Source of the DNA: an uncultured Alphaproteobacteria bacterium
Lineage (GTDB): Bacteria > Pseudomonadota > Alphaproteobacteria > Rhizobiales > Aestuariivirgaceae
Length of the DNA: 64,000 nt
Assembly (NCBI GenBank): GCA_963831645.1
Contig: CAWHQZ010000028.1
Location: 627,035 to 691,034, forward strand
Direction of reading: 5' to 3'
In this document: positions 20,732 to 32,544 of the stretch, piece after piece
How positions within the stretch are numbered: position 1 is the first letter of the stretch
Layout: each line of letters opens with the position of its first letter
Made by a program: the position numbers and the translations under genes
The notes under the pieces: model-generated
Database searches by the model: none
Seen by the model: the letters and a program-made list of their open reading frames with translations, nothing else
Told to the model about the DNA's origin: nothing

Positions 20732-22078
20732 CAACTGGCGAGGGCGGCTGTACCAAATTCCGCTCTGGCGATTTCTGCGTACGGGCGGCAAGCGCGCAAT
20801 TGCCGTTTGGCACCGCCGCGCCGGCAAGGACGAGGTAGCACTGCACTGGGCAGCAATGGCGTCGAATTCAGAAGCGTGCCAACTATTGGCACATGCTGCC
20901 GGAGTATGCCCAAGCGCGAAAAGCGATCTGGAACGCAGTTAATCCCCATTCGGGCAAACGCCGGATCGACGAGGCGTTTCCTGCGAGGATGCGTGTTTCA
21001 ACGAACGAGCAGGAGATGTTGATCAGGCTGCAAGGCGGTTCTACGTGGCAGGTCGTAGGCTCAGACAGCTACAACAGCTTGATCGGCACGGCGCCTTACG
21101 GTGTCGTCATGTCGGAGTGGGCAACAGCCGACCCCGCAGCTTGGGCGTACCTGGCTCCGATACTTGCCGAAAACGATGGCTGGGCGCTGTTCATCACTAC
21201 GCCGCGTGGACGCAACCATGCTCTTAAAATGTACGAAATGGCGAAAGGCGAACCGGGCTGGTTTGCTCGAGATCTCGACTTATCGCGATACTGGCGTGCT
21301 CACCGATTTGGAGGTCGAGGTGCAGCGACGTGAATATCGTTCTCTTTTCGGTGAAGGCTTTGGCGATGCCCTGATCGAGCAGGAATACCTCTGCTCGTTC
21401 GATTCAGCCATGCTCGGTGCTTACTGGGCTCGTGAGCTGGCTCAACTCGAGCGGTCGGGCAGAGTGCGCGAACTGGCAGCCGATGCAAATTTGCCGGTCC
21501 ATACGGCTTGGGATCTGGGCATCGGTGATTCGACTGCAATCTTTTGGTGGCAGGCTGTCGGTGCCGAAATCCATGTCCTCGATCATCACGAAACCCATGG
21601 GGAGGGCCTCGAGCATTACGCTAATCTGGTTCTTGCAAAGCCATGGCGACGCGGCAGCGACTATGTTCCCCAGGACGCGAGGGCGAGAGAACTCGGTACC
21701 GGGCGAACACGTATCGAGACGATGTTGGCGCTGGGTCTGAGGCCGCGGCTCGTTCCCGACCACAAGCTCATGGACGGCATCAACGCGGCGCGACTTACCA
21801 TCTCTAGGTGTTTCTTCGATACCTTCAGGTGCAAGACGGCGCTCGACCTTCTTCGACAGTATCGCGCTGAGTACGACGAGAAGGCGCGAGTGTTCAAAGA
21901 TAACCCCAAGCACGACTTTACGAGCCACACCGCCGACGCCTTCCGCTACCTTGCCATGGCATGGAGGGAGATGGCCGCCGTGCCGCAGTCAAAGCCCGAG
22001 GGCCGCACCATCCACGAGATGACACTGAACGAACTTTTCGATGCCGAGCGCAAAGTCAGACACTCCATACGCATCTGA
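20703..22078 (+). CDS. terL: phage terminase large subunit; two frame breaks (about 20900 and about 21290)
   Basis: ATPase segment RLYQIPLWRFLRTGGKRAIAVWHRRAGKDEVAL (frame 3); middle WALFITTPRGRNHALKMYEMAKGE (frame 1); nuclease domain HTAWDLGIGDSTAIFWWQ...HDFTSHTADAFRYLAM (frame 2). Confidence 0.8.
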
Positions 22079-24120
22079 GCCAGACGATAAAACGCCCGGC
22101 CAGAGAGCTTGCGCGAAATGGCTTAGGGAGATCGCGCGCGCGGAAAAACACCGCGAGGAGTGGTTGCGACGCTCTGAAAAGCTGCTCAAGCTCTACCGCA
22201 GGCAGCGCGGCCAGTCCGACACGGTGCGCCGGTTTGCGATGCTGTGGGCCAACACCGAAGTCCTCAAACCCTCGATCTATGCGAGGCCGCCGGTGCCACA
22301 GGTGTCGCGCCGCTTCAAGGATCGTGACCCGGCCGGCCGGCTCGCCGCGGAAATCCTTGAGCGCAACGCGGCCTATGAGCTGGAACGCATGAACATCGAC
22401 GTGGTTCTACGCAATTGCCGCGACGACCTGTTGCTCCCGGGCCGCGGCACCGCGTGGGTGAGGTATGAAGCTGAAACCGATGCGACCGGCGTCGCAGCCG
22501 AGCGCGTTCAGGTCGACTACGTGCACTGGAAGTGTTTTCTGCATTCGCCCGCACGCACGTGGGACGAGGTGACGTGGGTCGCCAGAGAGGGCTACTTCTC
22601 CAGTGACGAGCTTGATGCGCGCTTCAATATCAAGGCGCGCCGGCTCTTGGTTTCGCTCGACCACAGCGAGATGAAATCCGACGGCAGCAACGAGACCGAT
22701 CTCCAAAAGGGCATCGAGGCAAAAGCCACGGTCTACGAGAATCTGGTGCAAGAAGCCCCGGCGGGTCTTCTTCATCGCCAAGGGCTGCGACGAACCGCTC
22801 GAGGAATCCGAACCGTTTCTTGACCTAACCGAGTTTTGGCCCTGCCCCAAGCCGCTGTTCTCGAACCTGACCACCGGCACGCTCATCCCGGTGCCGGACT
22901 ATGCCTACTACATGGACCAAGCGGAGGAGATCGACGATCTTACAGCCAGGATCGGCAAGCTCACCGATTGCCTGAAGCTCGTTGGCTTCTATGCGGCAGG
23001 CGACAGGAACGCCGCGGCGATCGAAAAGGCGCTGGAGCCCGGCGTCGAGAACAGGGTGATCCCGGTTGATAGCTGGGCAGTGTTCTCGGAGAAGGGGGCG
23101 GGCGGCGGACTCGCCTGGCTGCCGGTGAAGGACGTCGCCGTGGTGCTCAAGGAGTGCGTGACGCTCAGAAACCAATTGATTGCGGATGTTTATCAAATCA
23201 CCGGCCTGTCGGACATCCAGCGCGGAGCCACCGACCCGAACGAAACGGCGGCTGCGCAAGAGCTGAAGTCCCAGTTCGGCAGTCTGCGCATCCGCGAACG
23301 TCAGAAGGAGATGGCCCGCTTCGCCCGCGACATCGTGCGCATGGCCTGCGAGATCATGGCCGAGCGCTTTGAGCCCATCCGTCTCGTCGAAACCGCCAAC
23401 CTTATGCCCGAGGCGCCCGAGAAAATAGCCGAGACGATTGCCGCGGTGGAACTGTTGCGGAATCAGCGCCTCAGGTCGTTCCGCATCGACATCGAGACTG
23501 ATTCCACGATCGAACCCGACGAGAATGCCGAGAAACAGAGGCGAACCGAGTTCGTCACTGCGGTCGGAACGCTCTTCCAGCAGGCCGTACCGGTAGTGCA
23601 GCAGGTGCCGGAGATGGCCCCGCTCATCGGCGAAATGCTGATCTTCACGGTGCGGGGGTTTAGGGCCGGGCGGATGCTGGAAGACCAGATCGAGCGCACC
23701 ATGCAGGCCGTCCAGCAACGCGTCGCACAAGCGGTGGCGAATCCGGGGAGCGACCCGGAGGCGGCCAAGGTCGAGACTGAAAAAGCCAAGCTTGCCATGG
23801 AACAGGAGCGCCATGGCGTTGAGATTGGGGCAAGGCAGGCCGAGATCGCCCACGCCCAGGCAATGGCGGGTTTCGATGAAGGCATGAAGCAGCGCGAAAT
23901 AAGCAAACTCGAGGCTGAGCAGGAGATGAAGGCCGAGGAAATCGCATTGATCGTCAACCCGCTGATCGAGTCCATGAAGCAGTTGGGCGAGATGGTGGCG
24001 CAAGCCCAGCAAGCGCAACTGCAGGTCAGCGAGCAGCTCATCGCTGCAATCACGGCCCCGCGCTCCGTGACTACGCCCGAAGGCAGAACGTATACATCGG
24101 AAGTGGGGCGGCTGAACTAA
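22041..24120 (+). CDS. phage portal protein; frame break near 22745
   Basis: The two ORFs (22041-22823 and 22891-24120) join as KATVYE|IWCKKPRRVFFIAKGCDEPLEESEPFL if one A is removed from GAGAATCTGG. Large acidic/coiled C-terminal region typical of portals. Start codon uncertain. Confidence 0.7.
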
Positions 24121-25134
24121 TGACCATTTCTCTCAAGCACGCCTTCACCAGCGCGGTCGCAGACGGCGGCGATGCAAATCTGGTGCAGCCGTCCAACTGG
24201 AACGCCGAGCATACTCTAACCCTCGCGGCAGATCGGGTGCTTGGGCGGTTGAGCTCGCCTGGAGCAGCAGAGGAGCTGACGGGCGTGCAAATCCTTACTC
24301 TTGCCGGAGGCGCCGCTTCATCGCACACCCATGTTGAGGGGGATATCACTCTTGGCAATACACAGAGAATCGTAGGGCGTAATTCAGGCGGTGGTGGCGC
24401 GGCGGAGGAAGTTACCGCCACACAAGCTCTTGATTGGATCGGCTCGACGCAAGGCGAGCTTCTGTACCGTAGCGGTTCCGCGTGGTCGGCGCTGGCTGTG
24501 GGCACCAGCGGACAGTCGCTGCGAACGGCCGGTGCAAGCGCAAATCCGGCATGGGCGGACATCTACGGAATGCCCCAAGCCCCTTATTGGGGCGATCGGA
24601 CCAGTTTCTGGGTCCTCCATATGTGTCGCAGGGTACGTCGCAGGCGCTGACCGCGAGCGTCCTCTACATGATGCCGATCGTCGTGCCTGAGCGCCGAACG
24701 TTCACGACGATCAAATTCTATATCAACACGCTGCAGGGCACGTCCGGCGTTCGTGTTGGATTGTGGAGCGCGGTTCAGGCGACACGCCAGCCGAATGCAT
24801 TGCTGCAAGAGGCGACTGGCTCGCCGGTAGACACATCGACCGGCACGGGATCGACCGGCGGAAAGACGGTGACGATCAGCCAGGCGCTGGACCCCGGCCT
24901 GTATTTCATCGGCCTGCTGACGGACGGAACGCCCACCGTAAACGGTTTGGTCCACGTCTGCTGCTGCCTTCGGTTTTCTCGGCCTCGATGGAAGCGGTGG
25001 TGCAACTTCGGCACGTCGATCAGAGGCTCCAGCGAACGAGCGTCACTTATCAGGCGCTCTCCAACTATGCCGATGAAAGCGCACAAACCTATGCCGCTAC
25101 CGGTGGCAACTTTCCACTGATGGGGATGCGCTGA
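24120..25134 (+). CDS. phage-associated hypothetical protein; two -1 frame breaks (about 24600 and about 24950)
   Basis: Continuous reading needs frame 3 then 2 then 1 (MTISLKHAFTSAVADGG...; ...PPYVSQGTSQALTASVLYMMPIVVPERRTF...; ...SMEAVVQLRHVDQRLQRTSVTYQALSNYADE). Confidence 0.45.
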
Positions 25135-25177
25135 TGCCGCAGTTCCGTGCGTTAGTGAAGTCGCTGCTGTAGAAAGC

Positions 25178-25647
25178 ATGGCTGCCGCCTTTCAGGTCAG
25201 CGCATTCCAAAACAATGCGTTCCAGATCGACGCTGGCTTGTCGAGACAAGTGTTTCCAGAGGTGGTTTCGATCTTCGTGAGATCGACAAGTACAAGCGCA
25301 TCGACCGGGCGCGCTCCCAAGCCCGCGAGGCGGCCCGCAAGGCGGCCCGGGAGCTGCGTCAGACACTGGAACACGCCTTTGACGACAACACTGCGACTGC
25401 CGAAGTAACGGTGGCGATCGAGCCGGAAATCCGGCGCAGCATCGCGGCTGCCCAGGCCGAGTTGGCCAACGTACTTCAACTCGAGCCACTCGGCTCGGAT
25501 ATCGGAAAACTTCGGTACGGACTGATGCAGCTTATCGCGGCGGAATACTTCAGCCGGTCAAGTATCACGCAAGCCGCAAAACAGGCGGAATTGATCCATG
25601 CCGCGCTTCTCGATGAAGAAGCAGCGATCGTGACCCTGTTGATCTGA
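25178..25647 (+). CDS. phage-associated hypothetical protein; frame break near 25255
   Basis: MAAAFQVSAFQNNAFQIDAGL... joins ...GGFDLREIDKYKRIDRARSQAREAARKAARELRQ...EAAIVTLLI. Confidence 0.4.
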
Positions 25648-25660
25648 GGAGAAGACCAGA

Positions 25661-25978
25661 GTGTCGAGACTAGCCACCTATGAATATGGCAGCAGCTACG
25701 AGACCGTTGCCGCGTCGCAGACGGCGCAAATATTGGGCGGGACGGGTGCCAAGGGCGACTATCTGGCGCGCATCATCTGCGTCGTCGCGACCGCCGCGAC
25801 GGCTGCCACGTCGATCAAGGACGGCTCGGACTTTGCGATCAGCATCCTGCCGAACTCGCCGGGCAGCGGCGTTGGGACCTACGTCATCGAAGTGGGCCTG
25901 TTCAGCAAGACCGGTGCTTGGCAGATCACGACGGGCGCAGGCGTCTCAGTCATCGCTTGTGGGACGTTCTCGGCATGA
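25661..25978 (+). CDS. phage-associated hypothetical protein
   Basis: 105-aa ORF. Its stop overlaps the next start (ATGA). Confidence 0.4.
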   Translation: MSRLATYEYGSSYETVAASQTAQILGGTGAKGDYLARIICVVATAATAATSIKDGSDFAISILPNSPGSGVGTYVIEVGLFSKTGAWQITTGAGVSVIACGTFSA

Positions 25979-26301
25979 CGAAGGAGACGGAATGGTGCGA
26001 CCCGGAGACGGGCGAGGTGCACGTATTCGAGACTACGGACGATTGCATCGCGTTCTTCCGCAAGCGCGCCGCTGGCTATGAGACACGACGAGCGCCAGCA
26101 ATCCGACCCGACACGATTGAGATGTGGTCGCCTGTGACGGGCAAGGTCGTCACATCGAAGTCCCGCCACTACAAGGAAGTCCGCCGGGCCGGCTGCGAGA
26201 TCAACCCGGAAGCGGGCATCCGTGAAACCAACCGCCCTGAGTTCAAATCCCCCGGCCTCGCCGACGACATCAGGCGGGCCATTCAACTAACCCAGAGGTA
26301 A
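25975..26301 (+). CDS. phage-associated hypothetical protein
   Basis: MTKETEWCDPETGEVHVFETTDDCIAFFRKRAAGYE... 108 aa. Confidence 0.4.
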   Translation: MTKETEWCDPETGEVHVFETTDDCIAFFRKRAAGYETRRAPAIRPDTIEMWSPVTGKVVTSKSRHYKEVRRAGCEINPEAGIRETNRPEFKSPGLADDIRRAIQLTQR

Positions 26302-26304
26302 TCC

Positions 26305-27364
26305 ATGACCGATCAAGTTTTGAACGGCGCTGCCGCGCCGGCGGAAGACCTGCGCTCTACCATCGAAGCTGCATTTGCGGACGACGCGACGGCTGAGTTA
26401 CCGACCACGCCAGCCGAACAAGCCGCGACCGCAGTAGAGCACCCCGAGTCAACAGAACGCGCCCGCGATGAATCAGGACGGTTCATCAAAGGTGGTGAGC
26501 CTGTGGCAGACAAACCCAATAGCGAAAAACCGGTGGCTCCCCCTCCAGCCGCGGTGGTTGGCCAGCCGGTAGCGGCAGCGCCTCTGGCTTCCGGGCCGCC
26601 GCCGCGGCTGGTCCGTAGCCGGCAAGGCCGCCTTCGATGCCCTTCCGGATGCTGTTAAGGCAGACATTGCCAAGCGCGAGGAAGAAATCTCCAGGGGCTT
26701 CGCCAAGCTCGCCGACTACAAAGGCTTGGATCCGTGGGTGGAGATGGCGCGCAAAAACGGCCGGACCCTACCCGAAGTGGTCGCGGCCTATATCGAAGCC
26801 GAGAATCAGCTTTCGGAAAACTTCGGCGATGGAATCCGTTCGCTGTGCCAGATGTACAACGTCGATCCGGCACAACTCGGTCGGCTTCTCACAGGCGGTA
26901 AGCAACAGGACGATCAAGCGCCGCAAAGCGCGGACGCTTTCGCGCCCGTCCTCAACCGCCTCAATTCGGTGGACCAGCGCCTGCAGAAATGGGAGCGACA
27001 AATGGAGGAGCGTGAAAACGCCGCCGTCCAGTCCGAGCTTCAGCGCTTCGCCGCCGACCCCGCACACAGGTATTTCGAGAATGTTCGGCGGACGATGGGT
27101 CAGATCATCGCTGCCAACCCGGAAGCGTCACTCAACGACGCCTACGACCAGGCCTGCTGGATGAACCCGGAAATCCGTGACCTTCTCATCAGCGAGAAGA
27201 CGAAGGCGGACGCCGAGGAATCCAGGCGCAAGGCGGATCAGGCCCGCCGCGCTTCAGGCAGCCTACCCAACGGTTCGCCGGTGCCGGGAGCAATCTCGGC
27301 CAGCGGACCAGCCCCCACCTTGCGCGCGGAACTCGAACGAGCGTTCGAGGCCGCCCGCATCTAA
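26305..27364 (+). CDS. phage scaffolding-like protein; at least two frame breaks (about 26600 to 26720)
   Basis: Acidic/Ala-Pro-rich N-terminus then helical Q/E/R-rich C-terminus (...QRLQKWERQMEERENAAVQSELQRFAADPAHRYF...). Positioned immediately before the major capsid gene. Confidence 0.45.
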
Positions 27365-27379
27365 CGAAAGGAGTGACCG

Positions 27380-28351
27380 ATGGCTTCCCCCAATCTTTCG
27401 GAAATCATCACCACCACGCTCCGCAACCGCACCGGCAAGCTCGCTGACAACGTCACCGAGAACAACGCCATCCTGTTTCGCTTGAAGCAGAAGGGCAGGA
27501 TCAAGCCGGCGAGCGGCGGGCGGACGATCGTGCAGGAGTTGGAGTACGCCGAAAACGGCACCTTCCTGTGGTACTCGGGCTACGAGACGCTCAACGTGCA
27601 AACGTCGGACGTGTTCACGGCCGCCGAGTTCGACTGGAAGCAGTGCGCGGTTGCGGTGACGATATCGGGCCTGGAGCAGTTGCAGAACGCGGGCGACAAC
27701 CGCGTCATCGACCTGCTCGAAAGCCGTATCGGCAACGCCGAAAAGACGCTGGCCAATAACATCGCAACGGGCATGTATGCCGACGGCACGGGATCGAGCT
27801 CAAAGGAGATCGGCGGGCTTCAGCTGCTGGTCGCCGACAGCCCGTCAACCGGCACCGTGGGCGGCATCAACCGCGCCACGTACACCTTCTGGCGCAACGA
27901 GGCCAAGGACGCGACCACCGACTTCGGCGCGGCCGCCACCTCGGCATTGATGCAAAGCTACATGAACCGGGTCTACCTCGCCATCGCCAGAGGGCGTGAT
28001 CACCCGGACCTCATCGTCGCCGACAACAACTACTACCGCCTCTATCTCGAATCCCTGCAAACCATCCAGCGCGTGACCAACACGGAGCTGGCGTCCGCAG
28101 GCTTCGACAACCTCAAGTACATGGGCGCGGATGTGGTCTACGACGGCGGCATCGGCGGCAACTGCCCCACCAACCACATGTATTTCCTCAACACCGACTA
28201 CATCCATTACCGCCCGCACAGCGAGCGCAACATGGTGCCGATCGGCGGGGAACGCATGAACACCAACCAGGACGCCATCGTGAAGCTGATCGGCTGGGCG
28301 GGGAATATGACCCTGTCCAACGGTTCGCTCCAGGGCGTCTTGAAAGACTGA
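27380..28351 (+). CDS. phage major capsid protein
   Basis: Intact 323-aa ORF with a strong RBS (AAAGGAG) after the scaffold-like gene. Terminase-portal-scaffold-capsid gene order; content is consistent with a capsid protein. Confidence 0.6.
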   Translation: MASPNLSEIITTTLRNRTGKLADNVTENNAILFRLKQKGRIKPASGGRTIVQELEYAENGTFLWYSGYETLNVQTSDVFTAAEFDWKQCAVAVTISGLEQLQNAGDNRVIDLLESRIGNAEKTLANNIATGMYADGTGSSSKEIGGLQLLVADSPSTGTVGGINRATYTFWRNEAKDATTDFGAAATSALMQSYMNRVYLAIARGRDHPDLIVADNNYYRLYLESLQTIQRVTNTELASAGFDNLKYMGADVVYDGGIGGNCPTNHMYFLNTDYIHYRPHSERNMVPIGGERMNTNQDAIVKLIGWAGNMTLSNGSLQGVLKD

Positions 28352-28372
28352 TCGCGGAAAGGAGAAACGCAA

Positions 28373-28863
28373 ATGGCTTTTCGCATCACTGACCATCTCA
28401 TTGGTCCGCAGCCCATCGCCAACACGGAAACGACCCAGAATCATCCCCTGGGCACGATCGTGCGCGCGACTGATCCGACCTATGGGGCGGGCGAGTTCAT
28501 CTACCTGAAGGGCGTGGCGTCCACCGCCATCGGCTCGTGGGTGCTGTACAACCCGGACGACTTCTCCACGACGCTGCTCGCTGCCAACGATATCGGGCCG
28601 GTGGCGGTCGCCATGTCAGCGAACGTGGCGAACCAGTACGGCTGGTATCAGATCCAGGGCAAGGCCGTGGGTCTGGTGCTGTCGGGTTCGTGGACAACGC
28701 GAACGTTTACGCCACCGCAACCGTGGGCAGCGTGGATGACGCCGTTGTGGCGGGTGACCGGGTGAAGAACGCCAAGGGCGCTTCGGCAATCGGCACTCCT
28801 TCCGGCTCTTTCGCCGAGATGGAGATAGAGCGCCCGTGGATGGACGACGCACTGGCGGCGTGA
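28373..28863 (+). CDS. phage structural protein (possible head decoration/cement); frame break near 28690
   Basis: MAFRITDHLIGPQPIAN...GEFIYLKGVAS... continues in another frame as ...VDNANVYATATVGSVDDAVVAGDRVKNAKG.... Followed by a terminator. Confidence 0.4.
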
Positions 28864-28876
28864 GCCACGAAAACTG

Positions 28877-28906
28877 GGCGGGGGCTTCAAGGCTCCCGCC
28901 TTTTCC
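28877..28906 (+). terminator. Rho-independent terminator after the capsid/decoration genes
   Basis: GGCGGGGGC-TTCAA-GGCTCCCGCC hairpin (one mismatch) followed by TTTTCC. Confidence 0.5.
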
Positions 28907-28923
28907 ATTCAGCAGGTGACCGA

Positions 28924-29577
28924 ATGTCCATAACTGATCCTCTCGACTTTTCCGCGTTCGAGCAGCAGGCCCTGCAGGCGCGCCCGCCCGGTCCGATCCT
29001 GCGTTTCTTCATCGAAGCGGTGGAGAACAAGTTCAAGTCCGCGCAGGCCGGTCGGCCTATCTACGACAACGTGGAGATGATTTCGATCATCAATCCGGGT
29101 TCGAAGGACGAGTTTATCAAGAAGGTGGACGCTGCTGCTAAGCAGCGCTTCGGACCGCAATACGAGCACTGGAAGCGAACACAGGAACAACCAGCCGAAG
29201 GTACGCCGCTCGAAATGGTACCGTTCCTCAACCCGGCGCAGGTGAAGGAGCTGAAGGCGCTCAACGTCCCGACGCTCGAGCACCTCGCCAATCTGCATGA
29301 TGGCGCCATCCAGAAAATCGGCTTGGGCGGGCTGGAGCTGGTGCGCAAGGCGCAAGCCTACATCAAGGCCGCCGGCGACAACTCCGTCGTCACGAAGCTG
29401 GCGGCGGAAAACCATCGCCTGAAGGCCGAGATCGAGACGCTGAAAGCCCAGATCGCGCAGGTGAATGCCCGCTACGAAAACGTGCTCGCAGGAGCCGCAC
29501 CCGTTTCCCCGCCAGCCGATCTGGACGCGATGATCGCCGCCGCAATCGACAAACGAATGAAAGGAACCCAAGCATGA
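28924..29577 (+). CDS. phage-associated hypothetical protein
   Basis: 217-aa ORF with a coiled-coil segment (AENHRLKAEIETLKAQIAQVNARYE). Confidence 0.4.
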   Translation: MSITDPLDFSAFEQQALQARPPGPILRFFIEAVENKFKSAQAGRPIYDNVEMISIINPGSKDEFIKKVDAAAKQRFGPQYEHWKRTQEQPAEGTPLEMVPFLNPAQVKELKALNVPTLEHLANLHDGAIQKIGLGGLELVRKAQAYIKAAGDNSVVTKLAAENHRLKAEIETLKAQIAQVNARYENVLAGAAPVSPPADLDAMIAAAIDKRMKGTQA

Positions 29578-29795
29578 CCGAACGCCAGGCAGTTTACACC
29601 ACGGGGCCACGGTTTTTTGTCTCCGAGGACGGCAACCACATCCTGTTTTCCTATCGGATAGACAGCGCCAGTGAGATCGGCCCGCGTGAGGCGACCGACG
29701 CCGACAAGCGAGGCTATCCCAAGGCCTGGGAAGCGTTCGAGGCAAGCCGGCCTGTGACCGTTAAGAAGTCAGAAGGCCGGCGGCCGACCGCATGA
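29574..29795 (+). CDS. phage-associated small hypothetical protein
   Basis: 73 aa with ATGA overlaps at both ends. Confidence 0.35.
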   Translation: MTERQAVYTTGPRFFVSEDGNHILFSYRIDSASEIGPREATDADKRGYPKAWEAFEASRPVTVKKSEGRRPTA

Positions 29796-30517
29796 CGATG
29801 TTGTCGATTTGCCAGGATGCGGCTGTCCATATCGGCATTCCCCAGCCCTCGGCGGTTGCCTCATCGACTGCGACCGACGCCATGCAGCTCAAGCGCCTGC
29901 TCAACGCGGGCGCCAGGCAGCTGATGAAGGATCATCACTGGTCGAAATTGCTGAAGGTCAAGACGTTCACCGGGGTCGCGGCCCAGGCGCAGACCGGCCA
30001 GCCGCCCGCGAACTTCGACCGTTTCGCCCCGGTGACGAAACTTTGGGACGTTAACAAGCGGCTGCCGCTGGCGGGAGCGATCTCCGCGGACAAGTGGTTG
30101 CTACTGCTCGCCCAAAACGTGACGGGAGCGGACAAGTACTGGACGATGATCGACGGGGTGATCAACATTACGCCGACGCCCACTACGTCGGACTCGTTCC
30201 GCTACACCTACGTGTCGCGCTACTTCGCCAGGCCGACCGGCAACAGCGACGAAACCAACGACAAGGCTGCGTTCACCATCGATACCGACGAGAGCCGCCT
30301 GTCAGAAGAATTGCTGACGCTCGACCTGGTATGGCGCTGGAAGAAGGCGAAGCAGCTCGACTATGCCGAGGATTTGGCCGACTTCGAGCGCCAGAAGGAA
30401 ATGGACATCGCCGCCGACCGGACGGCGCAGCCGATCTCTACTGCGCTCCCGTTCGAGGGTCTCACCTCCGGCTACGGGCCTGACGGCTGGTGGCCGGGGA
30501 CCATCACGCAGGTGTAA
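29792..30517 (+). CDS. phage-associated hypothetical protein
   Basis: 241-aa ORF, translationally coupled within the structural gene string. Confidence 0.4.
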   Translation: MTMLSICQDAAVHIGIPQPSAVASSTATDAMQLKRLLNAGARQLMKDHHWSKLLKVKTFTGVAAQAQTGQPPANFDRFAPVTKLWDVNKRLPLAGAISADKWLLLLAQNVTGADKYWTMIDGVINITPTPTTSDSFRYTYVSRYFARPTGNSDETNDKAAFTIDTDESRLSEELLTLDLVWRWKKAKQLDYAEDLADFERQKEMDIAADRTAQPISTALPFEGLTSGYGPDGWWPGTITQV

Positions 30518-30520
30518 TCC

Positions 30521-32103
30521 ATGCGCAAGGCCGTCCGCCCCAATCCTGGCCGCACGCCGCAGGGCCGCACCGTGCAGTTCCCCGCACCGGTCAAGGGCTG
30601 GATGACGCAGGAATCGCCCGTCGATGCGGAGGAGCAGTCGGCCCTCATCCTCGACAACTTCTTTCCCGAGCCGCAGGGGGTACGGGTCAGGCGCGGCTAC
30701 ACCAGCCACGCCACCGGTATGTCGGGCAATGTGGAATCGCTGCTGGTGTTCACGTCTGCCTCGGCCTCGGCGATGTTCGCGGCCAACGGCACTGCGATCT
30801 ACAACGTCACGAGTTCCGGCGCGGTAGGCGCGGCGGCAGTGTCGGGCCTGGCCGACGCCCGCCATCAGCATGTGATGTTCGCCACTTCGGGCGGGCAGTT
30901 CATGGTCATCTGCAACGGCACCGATGGGGTCAGGACCTATGACGGCTTGTCGTGGGTGGACCGCACCGCGTCGATCACCGGCACATCGGGGGCGGTGAGC
31001 ACGTTCATCAACCTCACCGCGCACAAGAAGCGGCTGTGGTTCGTGCCGTCTGCCTCTACCACCTTGTGGTATCTGCCCACGGAATTCGGTAGCGGGCGCT
31101 GCACGTCGTTCCCGCTTGGCGCGCAACTGAAGCGCGGCGGCTACATCATGGCTGTGGGCACCTGGTCGGTGGATGCCGGCGACGGCATGGACGATCTGTT
31201 CGTCGCCATCTCCTCGGAAGGAGAGATCGTCATCTACGCCGGGACCGATCCCGCTTCCGCGACGACGTGGGAGCTGGTCGGGGTCTACCGGGTGGGCAAG
31301 CCGATCGGCCGGCGCTGTCTGTTCCAGGTGGGCGCCGACCTCGCCATCCTCACCGAGGACGGGGTGATCCCGCTGTCGGTCGTGTTCCGCGGCGATGCCG
31401 ACCGCGCCGTCGCAAACAACAAGGCGCTCTCGCGCAACATCCGCGAGGCCTGGGCGGAGGCGGTACAGCGGGTCGCATCGTCGTTCGGCTGGGAGATGGT
31501 GGCCTATCCGCGCCGCAACATGGCGCTGGTCAACGTGCCGGCCGGCGGCGGCGAGCTGGTCTGGCAGTTCGCGTTCAACACCATCACCGGGGCATGGTCG
31601 CGGTTCCGGTCCCAGGAAGCCAACTGCTGGGCCTGTTCGACGACAATCTCTATTTCGGCGGCACCGACGGCAAGGTGTTCCAGGCGGACTTCGGCGCGTC
31701 CGACAACACGGCGTCGATCATCGCCACCATGCTGCCCGCCTATATGCACTTAGGCGCCAGGGGCCGGCTGAAGCACGTGAAGGGCTGCCGGCCGATCTTC
31801 TTCACCGACGTTCCGAACGTGGCGCCGGAAATCGCCATCGGGGTGGATTATGAGTATCCTACCGAGACCGACGAGGCGCAGGACGTCAGCACCGGGTTTT
31901 TCACCTGGGATTCCTCGCTCTGGGACGGGCCGGACGTCTGGTACGGCTATGTCGTGCAGCGCGCCTGGCGCGGCAACGGCAACATCGGCACGGTCGTCAG
32001 TCCGTACACGTACATCAACATCGACGAGACGGCGGCGGGCAGCGAGTTTCGATTTGTCATGACCGGCTACGACGTGCTGTTCGAAATGGGCGGCGTGGTA
32101 TGA
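30521..32103 (+). CDS. phage structural protein, about 527 aa (tail/injection candidate); -1 frame break near 31620
   Basis: ORFs 30521-31753 and 31267-32103 join around ...RFRSQEA|LLGLFDDNLYFGGTDGKVFQADFG.... No family assigned. Confidence 0.45.
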
Positions 32104-32517
32104 GGATCGTCCGCGATTTCGGCGCCGCGCAGGCAGCGCTGCGGCTTGCCGAGGACGAGTTGCAGAACTCGGTTCGTGCCACCGTTCGCTGTACTGGCCA
32201 TCGAGGACAGGTTCGGACACTTGCGCGGCGCGGCGGTGCTCAACGACTTCTGTGATTGCAACATCGAGCTTACCTGCGTCGGCAAGGGTGCCTTCAGTCG
32301 TGATGTGTGCAGGGAATTGGCGCAGGTGGCGTTCAACGTAAACGGCTGCGAGCGAATAACCATTCGCACCCGCAAAGGCAATGTGAAGTTGGTGGCGATG
32401 GCGCTTCGGTGGGGGTGGATGGTCGAAGGCGTGCTGCGCCGCTGGTATGAGGACGACGACGCGGTTGTGATGGGGATGGTTCGAGAAGATTGCCGTTTTC
32501 TGCCGAAGGTGAACTGA
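32100..32517 (+). CDS. GNAT-like acetyltransferase-fold protein; frame break near 32170
   Basis: The ATG at 32100 overlaps the previous stop. The C-terminal part ...VAFNVNGCERITIRTRKGNVKLVAMALRWGWMVEGVLRRW... is GNAT-like. Confidence 0.4.
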
Positions 32518-32544
32518 TATGCACTGGCAACGAGGACAATTCGC